NCBI GenBank assembly: GCA_041743505.1
Contig: JBGTMQ010000003.1
Span: forward strand, 25,148 to 89,147
Source of the DNA: Candidatus Saccharimonadia bacterium
GTDB lineage: Bacteria; Patescibacteriota; Saccharimonadia; UBA4664
Reading direction: 5' to 3'
Length of the DNA stretch: 64,000 nt
Below, piece by piece: positions 29,348 to 38,836 of the stretch. The stretch's first letter is position 1. Each line of letters opens with the position of its first letter. Under the pieces are notes generated by a model, which did no database searches, was not told the origin of the DNA, and saw only the letters and a program-made list of their open reading frames with translations. The translations under genes and the position numbers were made by a program.

Positions 29348-29836
29348 TTATTCTCCTAAAAACCAAAAGGGTCTTGGTACTTTAATAACTCGGGCCGACG
29401 ACAGCCTCAGCGCCGATTGACGGCGGCTTGCTAACTCACGAGCCACCAGCGCCAACCAATGATCCTTAAGCCAGCACTTTTGCTCTAGATACAAGTCCAG
29501 CAGCCCCCGCTCGGCAAACTCACGCCTCATCACCCCACCGGCGTGCGGATGTTGCTGGCGCTGACTCAGCGGCGAGTTAAAGCCGTGGGCGTAATGAGTC
29601 AGCTCATGCACCAAAGTAGCCAATATCACTGACTCAGGCACCTCAGGCAACCGGAACAATCCATTCATCGTAATGACACTGACATTCGGATCGCGCGGGT
29701 CCAAACCAATACTGCCAAGCCGGCGCTTAGCTCGCCGCCCAAAAATAATCCGCACGTCATTTTGCTGCGGCACATCAGCAAAATAGCTATCCCACGTGCT
29801 GTCCAGCAACTGCTGAAGCCAAGCTTCGTCACGCAT
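29348..29836 (-). CDS. SprT-like zinc metalloprotease
   Basis: RRLGSI, HELTHYAH (HExxH), HPH; start MRDEAW overlaps the helicase stop. Confidence 0.8.
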   Translation of the reverse strand: MRDEAWLQQLLDSTWDSYFADVPQQNDVRIIFGRRAKRRLGSIGLDPRDPNVSVITMNGLFRLPEVPESVILATLVHELTHYAHGFNSPLSQRQQHPHAGGVMRREFAERGLLDLYLEQKCWLKDHWLALVARELASRRQSALRLSSARVIKVPRPFWFLGE

Positions 29837-32708
29837 ATTGCTCTTGCTCCTCTGGCTCCTCACCATAATACGTAAAGGCTGGGCACTGATGAAACTCGGA
29901 CACCGGCGCCGGCGCAAAATCCCTCGCCCGAATCCGCTCTGCCAGAGCGCCCAATTTATCACGATGGTTAGCCATAATTCGAGCCGTCAGCTGGGCGCTA
30001 CCCTCCGCACCGGTAACCACATAATCCAGTGTCACCAACGCCGGGGACTGCCCGGTCATCTCCTTATAAGCCATCGCGTATGTCCGAAGCTGGAAATTCT
30101 CCTTGGCATCAACCGCCACCTTCTCCGCATCACGCTTAGAGCCGGTCTTGAAATCCCGGATCTCAATCCCGTCAGGCGTTTCGAAGTACGCATCAATCCG
30201 CCCGCGCAATCGCAGTTTGTAGTCCGGCAACTCCAGTGTAATCTTCAGCTCACTGCCAAGCACGTGACGTGCCTCCCGTTCCTCCCGCTGAACAAACCTC
30301 TGCAATGTCTCATGCGCTTTATCCCAAGCAGCCACCGCTTGAGCCCGCGACTCATATCCCCGGTCGCTCCACAATTCATCCAACCGCACATCAAGTTCAG
30401 CCAATCCAATCTGTTCGTCACGGATTTTGGCTTCATAATAGGCCTGGATCGCTCCATGGATAGCCGTGCCAAAAGCCAGTTGCGGCCCAAATGGTTGAAC
30501 GATGCCCAACACATATTGTAAATAAAACTCGTGCGGACATCGTCGGTAGGCGTCTAACGCTCCCACACCCAACTCAATCCAGCCTTCAATCGTTTCAAAT
30601 GGCAGCCGCCGGTCGGGCAGCTCATGCTTGAGCGGATAAAATCGTTGTAAACGCTGCATCGCTCTATCAATGCTCTTAGTTTCTCCAGCCCCCCGGGCAG
30701 CCGGTGGCATCTCACCCAACAACTCCGTCACCAGGGGGCTAAGAGCTTGCCGCTGGCCACCAGCTGTCTCGCTAGCCGCCGAAATTATTACCGATCGCTT
30801 AGCTCTCGTCACTGCCACATACATCAACCGGCGCTGCTCATGCTCTGGAGGCAATTCTGTACCGGCCGTCATCAGCTCCGTCGGCGGCTCAAGCCCGCTA
30901 CTACTGCGCTCAGCCCAAGCACGTGCCGTACACCCGACGACGTAAACGGTATCAAACTCCAAACCTTTTGAAGCGTGTACCGTCAGAAGCTGCACGCCCT
31001 CAGCCTCACCCAAAGCCTCAGGGGCCTCAAGCTGTGGCGGCTTTGGAAATGTAGCCAGATACCCAGCCAACGTCGGATCCAATGCCACAGTTTCATAGTC
31101 TTGCATCTGCGCTAGCAGCATATGCAAATCCTCAAACACCCGGATAATCCGGTCGCTTCCCTCGGCCGCCACTACCAACCGCTCACTCAAACCGGTCTCA
31201 AATACCAACCGGTAAGCCAGCTGACTGACGTTTAGCTCAGCCGCCCACGCCCGCCAAATATCTAGCTTTTTCGTCAGCTCTTGCGCTTGACTGTCACCAT
31301 CCTCTGCCGCTACCCGGATAATTTCCTCCGGTCCGGCTAATTCCGACTGAGACCGCTCCACAATAGTCCGGTATGCCGCCGTCTTCCAGCCCACAAAAGG
31401 CCCCAACACGACATGCGCAATCGCTTCAGGCTTTGCGCGGTGACCTAGCCACTCCAGCAAGTACCATAGATTGATAATTTCACGCTGTTCAAAAATATTA
31501 ACTTCAGTTGAAAGTGTAAACGGCACATCATGCGCCCGCAACGACTTGGCATAACTACGAAGTACCGCGTTCGAGCGGGCCAGAATAGCAATACTCGCCG
31601 GCACTGCGCCCCCGCTCAGGCTCTTCATGACATCATCTACTACACCCGACTGCTCATCTGCCGGCGTACGGTATCCCACAAATGTCACCTTTGCATCCTG
31701 ATCTTGAGCTGTTAGCCGCTTGTTCAAATGCAGCATCGCCTCAAGCCGGTTCGGATCATTGTTACCAATGAGCCGGTAAGCCGCATCCAGAATCGGCTGG
31801 CCGGACCGGTAGTTTTTTACTAATACTGCCGGTTCATCGACCTTAAAATGCGCGGCAAAATCCATAATATTCGCAATATCTGCACCCCGGAAACCATAGA
31901 TCGCCTGGTCATCATCCCCCACTGCAAAAATGTTGCCGCCCACCGGGACAAATGTGCGCAACAGCTGGTCTTGAACCGGACTCGTATCCTGATATTCATC
32001 CACTAAAACATACCGGTACTGCTTCGTCAGCCGCTCAGCCAAGTTCGGACGCTCGCGCATCGCCCCCAAAGGAATAGCAAGTTGGTCGTTGTAATCGTAC
32101 GTCCCAGTCTCAGCCTTAACGCTCTCGTACAAAGTAAATAAAGCAGCTAGATCCCGCTGTTCCAAAATATCATATTCATGCTGCTCACCGTCTTCGGCCT
32201 TCAAGCCGGCAACAAAATCAGCATATCGCCCGGCACCAATTCCCCCATTTTGCAACCGCTCAATATAACGAACAATCTGCTCCAGGAAATCATAATTATG
32301 GCTTTTTAATGGATAATATTCCAACACAACCCGCTCAATATGTTGTTGCAAAAGCAACGTTTTTTGAGTTGTATTAAGCAAACCACCGCGGGTTGAGCGG
32401 CCAATATGCGACGCAAACCGGCCCAACAACTCAGCACCAAAGGCGTTAAACGTCAACACCGGCACCTGGAACGACTGCCAACCAACTAGATCATATAGCC
32501 GGTCAGCCATCTCCCGGGCCGCCTTCTCAGTAAATGTTAGAGCCAAAACTTCCCCCGGCTTGGCTTGACCTTGCTCAATCAACCGCGCAATCCGCCGCGT
32601 GATTACGCCGGTCTTGCCAGTGCCTGCTCCGGCCACCACAAGCAACGCACCCTCGGTGTGTTCAACCGCAGCCCGCTGCTCATCATTAAGCCCACCTAGA
32701 ATATCCAT
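29829..32708 (-). CDS. UvrD/PcrA-like SF1 helicase fused to a C-terminal PD-(D/E)xK nuclease (AdnAB/AddA-like)
   Basis: AGAGTGKT, LTFTEKAA, VDEYQD, VGDDDQAIYGFRGA, NYRS, TVHASKGLEF, YVAVTRAK; nuclease GRIDA..IRDFKTG..QLRTY. Confidence 0.92.
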   Translation of the reverse strand: MDILGGLNDEQRAAVEHTEGALLVVAGAGTGKTGVITRRIARLIEQGQAKPGEVLALTFTEKAAREMADRLYDLVGWQSFQVPVLTFNAFGAELLGRFASHIGRSTRGGLLNTTQKTLLLQQHIERVVLEYYPLKSHNYDFLEQIVRYIERLQNGGIGAGRYADFVAGLKAEDGEQHEYDILEQRDLAALFTLYESVKAETGTYDYNDQLAIPLGAMRERPNLAERLTKQYRYVLVDEYQDTSPVQDQLLRTFVPVGGNIFAVGDDDQAIYGFRGADIANIMDFAAHFKVDEPAVLVKNYRSGQPILDAAYRLIGNNDPNRLEAMLHLNKRLTAQDQDAKVTFVGYRTPADEQSGVVDDVMKSLSGGAVPASIAILARSNAVLRSYAKSLRAHDVPFTLSTEVNIFEQREIINLWYLLEWLGHRAKPEAIAHVVLGPFVGWKTAAYRTIVERSQSELAGPEEIIRVAAEDGDSQAQELTKKLDIWRAWAAELNVSQLAYRLVFETGLSERLVVAAEGSDRIIRVFEDLHMLLAQMQDYETVALDPTLAGYLATFPKPPQLEAPEALGEAEGVQLLTVHASKGLEFDTVYVVGCTARAWAERSSSGLEPPTELMTAGTELPPEHEQRRLMYVAVTRAKRSVIISAASETAGGQRQALSPLVTELLGEMPPAARGAGETKSIDRAMQRLQRFYPLKHELPDRRLPFETIEGWIELGVGALDAYRRCPHEFYLQYVLGIVQPFGPQLAFGTAIHGAIQAYYEAKIRDEQIGLAELDVRLDELWSDRGYESRAQAVAAWDKAHETLQRFVQREEREARHVLGSELKITLELPDYKLRLRGRIDAYFETPDGIEIRDFKTGSKRDAEKVAVDAKENFQLRTYAMAYKEMTGQSPALVTLDYVVTGAEGSAQLTARIMANHRDKLGALAERIRARDFAPAPVSEFHQCPAFTYYGEEPEEQEQYA

Positions 32709-32780
32709 ACCAAGATTGTATCAGGAATTACCCTTGGGTTGATCATGAGTGCTATAATAGGCCATAAGAGGTTCTATTAG

Positions 32781-34823
32781 GTGTCAGAACTCATTACCCG
32801 CACAGCCCGGTTAGTCCCTTACGCCAAACGGCCAAAGCAGGTTCCTAGTTTTGTGACCGCCTATAGCTATGAGCCGCTGGCCGAAGAGCCCGGCGCCGAT
32901 CTCGGCAACCTATTTGTCATCATCGAAGTGCTTGTCTCCGGCCGGTCCAGCGAAGACGTAGCTGACTTGGTCATCAGTACCATGGCCGACCACTACTACA
33001 ACCAAGCCACCGATCAATCCGACCCGCTACGCCGGTTCGAAGCTGCCATCAAGGCCACCAATCAAGAGCTGGCCAACTACGTCAATCAAGGCAATGCCGC
33101 CTGGATCGGCAAAATGAGCGCTGTAGTCGCCATCCAAACCGGATCACAGCTGCACCTGACTCAAACAGGCTCGGCAGAAGCATTCTTGTATCGCGGCAAG
33201 TCAGCTGCCCGCATCTCGGCCAACCAAGGAGCCGCCCGCCCAACCGCTCCCAGCAAGACCTTCGGTTCCATCGCCAGTGGCGATCTGGAGCCCGGCGACC
33301 GGCTGCTGCTAGCCACCCCCGCGCTCGTCCATCAGCTCTCCTTGACCAAGCTTAAAACCATTGTCAGCGACACCAGCCCCAACAATGCTATTGCTGAAAT
33401 TACCCAACTCCTGCGCGGCGGCGCGTCCGGCCGTATCGCTGCACTGGTCATTGAGATCACGACGCCGGAACTAGCCGCCTTGCAAGTCCGGTCTGAGGAA
33501 CCAAGCGAGATCCAGCTCGGCACCCCGGACAACGTGCTTGAGGCCGCCAAAATGGCCGCCGCACCAATCGCCCAAGCCACAGTCAGTTCCAGCCGGCGAG
33601 CCGGCGCTGCCGCTAAAACCGGCTGGAAAAAAAGCCGGCCTCACCTGCAACAAGCGCTCCAGGTTACCACCGGCTTCATCCGCGAGCAACTAGCCCACAA
33701 GGACTCGCGCAAGCGACTATTCGTCGCCGCCGCTATTCTGCTCGGGTTCATCATCGTCCTCTGGCAGTGGCAAACTGGCACTGTCCGCACCAAGCAATTA
33801 GAAACCCGCTATCAAAACGACTATAACCAATACCAGCTAGCCGTCACCGCCGCCAACAATGGCGACAAAACCACCGCCCGGAACATGCTCTCCAGGCTCC
33901 AAGGCGAGCTGACTGGCCTGTTTCAAGCTCCCGGCCGCAAAAGCCTCGATGCCAAACTCAAGCAATCCGCCACTGGACCTAAGTCAGTCGCCGAGCTGGC
34001 TGGCCTAACTGCCACTAAGCTAGACCAAATTGAAGGCCTACACCGCGTCGACGTCAGTACCGTCGCTTCATTTAGTAGTATAAAAAACAGCAAGCCAACC
34101 CATTTTGAGCTCGCCGGCAACAAAGCCTACACCTTCGACGAAGGTAAAAACCCGTCCCTCTACATTGCAAATATCACAACAAATATCATCCAGAAATCCA
34201 AGGCAGACACTTCACGGCTTGGCGCTATCACTGCTACCACCATATCGAGCAGCTCAGATGGTATCTACCTCTTAACCGACAAGCCATCAGTCTGGTTTTA
34301 CAACTTTGCCGCCGATTCCCTAACCGAACAGTCGGTCGGTGTAGGCCAATGGCCGGCAGGCACAGCCATCGCATCATATGCAGGCAATCTCTATATCCTG
34401 GGAGGTGGCATGGTCTACAAACATGTCCGCACCTACAGCGGCTATTCGCCCAAAGCCCCCTACCTGGCTCCACAGACCCCTGGCCTAGCCAACGCCACCG
34501 CCATGGCAGTCGATGGTATGGTGTTTCTATTATCACCCTCAGGGTTGAGAGAATTCTCAGCCGGCGCCTTCAAGCAAGCCGCGGACACTCCTTCAACACT
34601 CAAGAACGCGCGCCTAATACGGTCAAGCGGCGGCGGCAACTCCGTCATCGCCATAGCCGGCGATACCAAGCGCATTGGTTTCTGGGATAACACCAAGACT
34701 CTAAAGTTCGCCAAGCAATACGAGCTAGGCGGCGTCTCGTCCCTGCACGACGCCGCCTACGACCCCAAGACCCAAACTGTTTACGCGTTAGTGAACAGCC
34801 GGCTCGTGAAGTTTACGATCTAA
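32781..34823 (+). CDS. Membrane protein: PP2C-like N-terminal domain, TM helix, probable extracellular beta-propeller
   Basis: GNLFVIIE, GSAEAFLYR, SGDLEPGDRLLLAT resemble the PP2C fold; central TM; beta-rich C-terminal repeats. Confidence 0.7.
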   Translation: MSELITRTARLVPYAKRPKQVPSFVTAYSYEPLAEEPGADLGNLFVIIEVLVSGRSSEDVADLVISTMADHYYNQATDQSDPLRRFEAAIKATNQELANYVNQGNAAWIGKMSAVVAIQTGSQLHLTQTGSAEAFLYRGKSAARISANQGAARPTAPSKTFGSIASGDLEPGDRLLLATPALVHQLSLTKLKTIVSDTSPNNAIAEITQLLRGGASGRIAALVIEITTPELAALQVRSEEPSEIQLGTPDNVLEAAKMAAAPIAQATVSSSRRAGAAAKTGWKKSRPHLQQALQVTTGFIREQLAHKDSRKRLFVAAAILLGFIIVLWQWQTGTVRTKQLETRYQNDYNQYQLAVTAANNGDKTTARNMLSRLQGELTGLFQAPGRKSLDAKLKQSATGPKSVAELAGLTATKLDQIEGLHRVDVSTVASFSSIKNSKPTHFELAGNKAYTFDEGKNPSLYIANITTNIIQKSKADTSRLGAITATTISSSSDGIYLLTDKPSVWFYNFAADSLTEQSVGVGQWPAGTAIASYAGNLYILGGGMVYKHVRTYSGYSPKAPYLAPQTPGLANATAMAVDGMVFLLSPSGLREFSAGAFKQAADTPSTLKNARLIRSSGGGNSVIAIAGDTKRIGFWDNTKTLKFAKQYELGGVSSLHDAAYDPKTQTVYALVNSRLVKFTI

Positions 34824-34848
34824 AGTCCATCTTTTAAGCCCCGGTCTC

Positions 34849-36525
34849 TTACAGCCGGTCCGGCGCTTCAATTCCCAACACCCCGAGCCCATCCTTCAAA
34901 ACACCGGCATACAAGGCCACCAACCGTAAGCGAACACTCTCGCGGCTATCCCCAATCACCCGGTTATGTTCGTAGAACCGGTTAAATACCTGAGCCAACT
35001 CATACAGGTAAGTCGCAATATGATGAGGCATTAATTCATCGACAGCCCGGTCCAACACATCCGGATACCGGGAGATGATGACCGCCAGACTGCGCTCGTC
35101 ATCCTCTAGCTCATTAAGTCCACCATGCTCCGCATCAGCCGCCTTGCCTAAAATACTTCGAGCCCGTGCATGCGCATATTGCAAATACGGGCCACTGTTG
35201 CCTTCCAAGCTAACTGACTCCTCTGGCGCAAACACAATATCAGCCCCAATGCGCTGCTTCAAAAAAGCATACTTAATGGCGCCCAGAACCGTAACGTCAT
35301 CTGCCGACCCGTTGGCAGCCTTATTCGCCTCGGCCACCACATCAAGCACATCAGACGCCCTCAAGAAGTTACCTTTCCGAGAGCTCATCTTTACCCCGCC
35401 GGCCAACTTCACATTGCCGTGCGTTATATGCGTACTGCGCTTAGCCAATTCCGGCTCATATTGCTCAACGCTCTTCTGCACGACCTTCATATATTCAAGG
35501 ATGTCGTTACCCGTGATAACGACTGAACGGTCAAAATGATAATCCTGCCACTTCGCTAAAATCAGTCCCGTATCCTTGGCCTCATACGTTGGCAAACCAT
35601 TTGAAGTAATAAATACCCGCGTGTGCAAACCATATGGCTCACCCCGAAACACCACCGCCCCATCGCTACGCTCAAACACGCCGTTCTCCAACTGCTTCTG
35701 TACGGTCTGAATACCCAATGGTGCCGTCATGCTTTCAGGATAATACTTATCAAACTTCGTCCCGATCCGGGCATAAAAAACCTCGAAGTAATCGTAGCTC
35801 CATCCCCGGCACGTCCAGTAGATCTGCGCTAACGGCGACTTATGGTCTTCCGCAGCCAAGATACCGTAAATGCGTTTATTGAGTTCAATAATAGCGGTCT
35901 TTGCCTCCTCAGACTCTTCATACGCCTGCGTACCCTTAACGTAGCAGGCCGCCATCCATTCCGGCCGCTCGGCCACAACGATATCTGCTAGCTTCTCGGG
36001 CTTCTCGCCACCCAAATCCTTCAACATCGCCCACATGTTCCTCGCTACATGCAGACCCACATCACCTCCAAAATTCACCGGGTGGACCTTACCACCGGAC
36101 AGCCTTATGAGATTACTAATCGCATCGCCTACCACGCTGGTATACAAATGGCCCACATGCAACACTTTAAACGGGTTCGGATCTGAATACTCCGTAACCA
36201 CTACTTGGCCCTTATGGCTCGCGGGCTTGGTCGCCGGCGCTGTTTCAGTCAGCCGGCTAATACCCTCGTCAGTCAAGGTCATATTAATATAGCCCCCGCC
36301 GGCCGCCTCAACTCGCTCCAACGAATCATGCTTTACCGCCTCTGCCAGTTTAGCCGCAATCTCCCGCGGCGCTTTCTTCAGCTCCTTTGCCAGCCCAAAC
36401 GCCACGTTGCTCGCAAAATCACCAAAGCCCGGCTGCGCATAATCGACCTCAATCAAACCCGGCTTCACATCATATGTTTTTGATACCGCTGTTGATATCG
36501 CTGCGGCTAGCTCATTCTGAATCAT
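34849..36525 (-). CDS. argS: Arginine--tRNA ligase
   Basis: EYSDPNPFKVLHVGH, KMSSRKG, GPYLQYAHAR, DALR domain. Confidence 0.97.
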   Translation of the reverse strand: MIQNELAAAISTAVSKTYDVKPGLIEVDYAQPGFGDFASNVAFGLAKELKKAPREIAAKLAEAVKHDSLERVEAAGGGYINMTLTDEGISRLTETAPATKPASHKGQVVVTEYSDPNPFKVLHVGHLYTSVVGDAISNLIRLSGGKVHPVNFGGDVGLHVARNMWAMLKDLGGEKPEKLADIVVAERPEWMAACYVKGTQAYEESEEAKTAIIELNKRIYGILAAEDHKSPLAQIYWTCRGWSYDYFEVFYARIGTKFDKYYPESMTAPLGIQTVQKQLENGVFERSDGAVVFRGEPYGLHTRVFITSNGLPTYEAKDTGLILAKWQDYHFDRSVVITGNDILEYMKVVQKSVEQYEPELAKRSTHITHGNVKLAGGVKMSSRKGNFLRASDVLDVVAEANKAANGSADDVTVLGAIKYAFLKQRIGADIVFAPEESVSLEGNSGPYLQYAHARARSILGKAADAEHGGLNELEDDERSLAVIISRYPDVLDRAVDELMPHHIATYLYELAQVFNRFYEHNRVIGDSRESVRLRLVALYAGVLKDGLGVLGIEAPDRL

Positions 36526-36608
36526 TGCCCCATTATAGCCGTACTCAACATGAGAACCAACAAAGTCAAAAAATAAAGTCTCCTAATATTGCCAAAAGGC
36601 TTTGCCCG

Positions 36609-37535
36609 CTATGTTAAGACAATACAGCCACGCCGCCTCAACTCCCCAAACCAACCCGGGTCTTCCAGGAACTTATTGAGCCGCACATCAAGCTTCACCA
36701 AATGCGGCAGCCACCGCAAACCTTCCGGCAGAACGCGTAGATCATTCTTCCTCAGGTCAAGATACCGCAGCGATGACAGCAAACCTAGTGACTCCGGAAG
36801 ACGGCTCAGCCGGTTATCGCGAAGGTCCAGGTCAGTAAGCTGGCCTAAATCCCCAATCGACTCCGGCAACATTGTCAGCTGGTTACCTTCCAGCATCAAC
36901 TTGCGCAGCACCACCAGCCCGCCAATCGTATCCGGCAAGCTAACCAACTGGTTATTCATCGCGTAGCACTCTCGCAAACAAGCCAAGTCTCCAAACGATT
37001 CAGGTAAGCCAGTCAGCTGGTTACCAAAGATCCGCACCTCCACCAAGTCAGCCATATCTCCAATACACGCAGGAAGTTCCCTGAACCTGTTTTTAGATAT
37101 GTTCAGATACACCAGTCTACGCAAGTTTCGACAAGTATCCGGCAACACCGTTAGCAGATTTCCTGCCAGGTACAAAAATTCTAGCCGGCCAAGTTCCCCG
37201 AGAGACGCCGGCAGCTGGTCAATCTGATTGTGCTGGACATCCCATACACGCAGGTTCCCCAGTCTACCCAAACCCGCGGACACCATGGTTAACTGGTTGG
37301 CGCTAGCATCCACCGATTCCAGGCTCGCCATCTCAAACAGGGCCTCAGGCAGTGCACTCAGCTGGTTATGAAAAACACTGAGTTTTCTCAACCGTCTTAA
37401 TTTGTTAATACCCAGCGGCAATTCCGGTAGTTGGTTATTATCCAAATACAGTGCTTCGAGCTCAGGATCAGCTAGTACGTCTTCAGACAAAGCGGTCAAT
37501 TGCTTGTCAGATAAATCCAAAATATGCTGCTGCAT
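36609..37535 (-). CDS. Leucine-rich repeat protein (about 12 repeats of 23 aa)
   Basis: Regular LPxxIGxLxxLxxLxLxxNxL repeats over the whole length. Confidence 0.92.
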   Translation of the reverse strand: MQQHILDLSDKQLTALSEDVLADPELEALYLDNNQLPELPLGINKLRRLRKLSVFHNQLSALPEALFEMASLESVDASANQLTMVSAGLGRLGNLRVWDVQHNQIDQLPASLGELGRLEFLYLAGNLLTVLPDTCRNLRRLVYLNISKNRFRELPACIGDMADLVEVRIFGNQLTGLPESFGDLACLRECYAMNNQLVSLPDTIGGLVVLRKLMLEGNQLTMLPESIGDLGQLTDLDLRDNRLSRLPESLGLLSSLRYLDLRKNDLRVLPEGLRWLPHLVKLDVRLNKFLEDPGWFGELRRRGCIVLT

Positions 37536-37585
37536 ACTCCAATTATATAGTCTCCATTGCCGCTATTACCTATATAATGAACGGC

Positions 37586-38026
37586 ATGAAACTACTGGCT
37601 AAAAATAAACGGGCGACCTTCGACTACGAGCTAACCGAGCGAATCGTGGCCGGTTTAGCCTTGGTCGGTCCCGAGGTCAAGAGCGTCAAGGCCGGTCACG
37701 CCAGCCTCAAAGGCTCGTTCATTGCCCTCCGCGGCGGCGAGGCCTATCTCACCAATGCCCACATCACGCCCTACCAGCATGCCCACGCCAAAGACCAGCT
37801 TGACCCCACCCGAAACCGTAAACTCCTGCTCCACCGCCGCCAGCTCGACGCCCTGATCGGCCAAAAACAATCCGGCCTCAGCGTTGTACCCACTGCCCTT
37901 CTCCTGGACCGAAGCCTGGTAAAGCTAGAGATCGGCATTGGTCGCGGCAAGAAACGCTACGATAAACGCCAAGCCATCAAAGCCCGCGACACCGCGCGCG
38001 ACTTAGCCCGCGGCATCAAAGCCTAA
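37586..38026 (+). CDS. smpB: SsrA-binding protein
   Basis: NKRATFDY, GLALVGPEVKS, RNRKLLLH, GKKRYDKR; start MKLLA at 37586. Confidence 0.96.
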   Translation: MKLLAKNKRATFDYELTERIVAGLALVGPEVKSVKAGHASLKGSFIALRGGEAYLTNAHITPYQHAHAKDQLDPTRNRKLLLHRRQLDALIGQKQSGLSVVPTALLLDRSLVKLEIGIGRGKKRYDKRQAIKARDTARDLARGIKA

Positions 38027-38113
38027 ATAAAACAGCCCGCTGCAAACTCCAGATGCCGGCGTTTCGCGCCAACATCCAGTTTGCCTGCAACGAGCTTTGT
38101 GTTCTACGACTAG

Positions 38114-38293
38114 TTACTCTCTACGGAGAAATGTCCGCAAAAACAGAGTGGCACCAAGTACAGCAGGAACACCGAGTTGTATCAGGCACCCACCGCGACT
38201 ATGCGCACCACCACTACCGCCAGTCGGCGGATGTGTTCCAGTCTCGCCTGCCTTGCGCTGCTCCGGAATCTCAGGTCCCGGGTCTTTTGCCAC
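38114..38293 (-). CDS. Small 59-aa protein with GGC + C-terminal TM + basic tail
   Basis: Not in track. GAGGAGG RBS, GTG start, MAKDPGPEIPEQRKAGETGTHPPTGGSGGAHSRGGCLIQLGVPAVLGATLFLRTFLRRE; long G-U hairpin downstream (~38033-38094). Confidence 0.65.
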   Translation of the reverse strand: MAKDPGPEIPEQRKAGETGTHPPTGGSGGAHSRGGCLIQLGVPAVLGATLFLRTFLRRE

Positions 38294-38534
38294 ACTACCC
38301 TCCTCAAGAGGTCTGATCTAGGACGCGGCAAACTATAACATAACTTAGTAAATAGTACCAACCCATAATAGTTCTCTCCATACCAATCTCAATCCGGCTC
38401 ATTCCTAAAAAGCATAAGTATTTTAGAATCTTGTTAATAAGTGCTTGACGGTCTTATCATGAGCGTATTAAAGTACTTACAGGTACCTGCACAAAAAAAG
38501 TACTCAACACAAAAAGACACAAACTCCATCACCT

Positions 38535-38568
38535 GAAATAGGCTCTGCAAAGAGCCTATTTCCTTTTT
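38535..38568 (+). terminator. Intrinsic terminator (orphan; may end a small RNA)
   Basis: gaaataggctct-GCAA-agagcctatttc-cttttt. Confidence 0.75.
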
Positions 38569-38705
38569 ATAGCACTCTGCCCGTCCGCTTTTACCACTAT
38601 CGAGCTGCCTTTGTATGAAATTATTAGTCTTCATCGGTCCTGCATTTTTTCACATCCAAAGAGCACCCATTTAAGAAATTATTCTCACACGTCCTTGCCA
38701 CCCAT

Positions 38706-38803
38706 TACTGTACTAAGGGCAGTCACAAAAAGACCCGTCTCAATAAAGCCTTGAGATAGGCATAATTATATCCCACACTATCCACACTGCCCTCAGTACA
38801 GTA
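38706..38803. repeat. 98-bp element with inverted-repeat ends, copy B
   Basis: tactgtactaagggcagt ... actgccctcagtacagta; right arm identical to copy A. Confidence 0.75.
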
Positions 38804-38836
38804 GGCTACCCATTAGCAAGGCAAAAACCGGCCTCT

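Noticed and set aside
38027-38700. tmRNA (ssrA) next to smpB
   Set aside because: No tRNA-Ala-like GGGG 5' end or T-arm/CCA 3' end found; the region is better explained by a 59-aa ORF and a candidate sRNA
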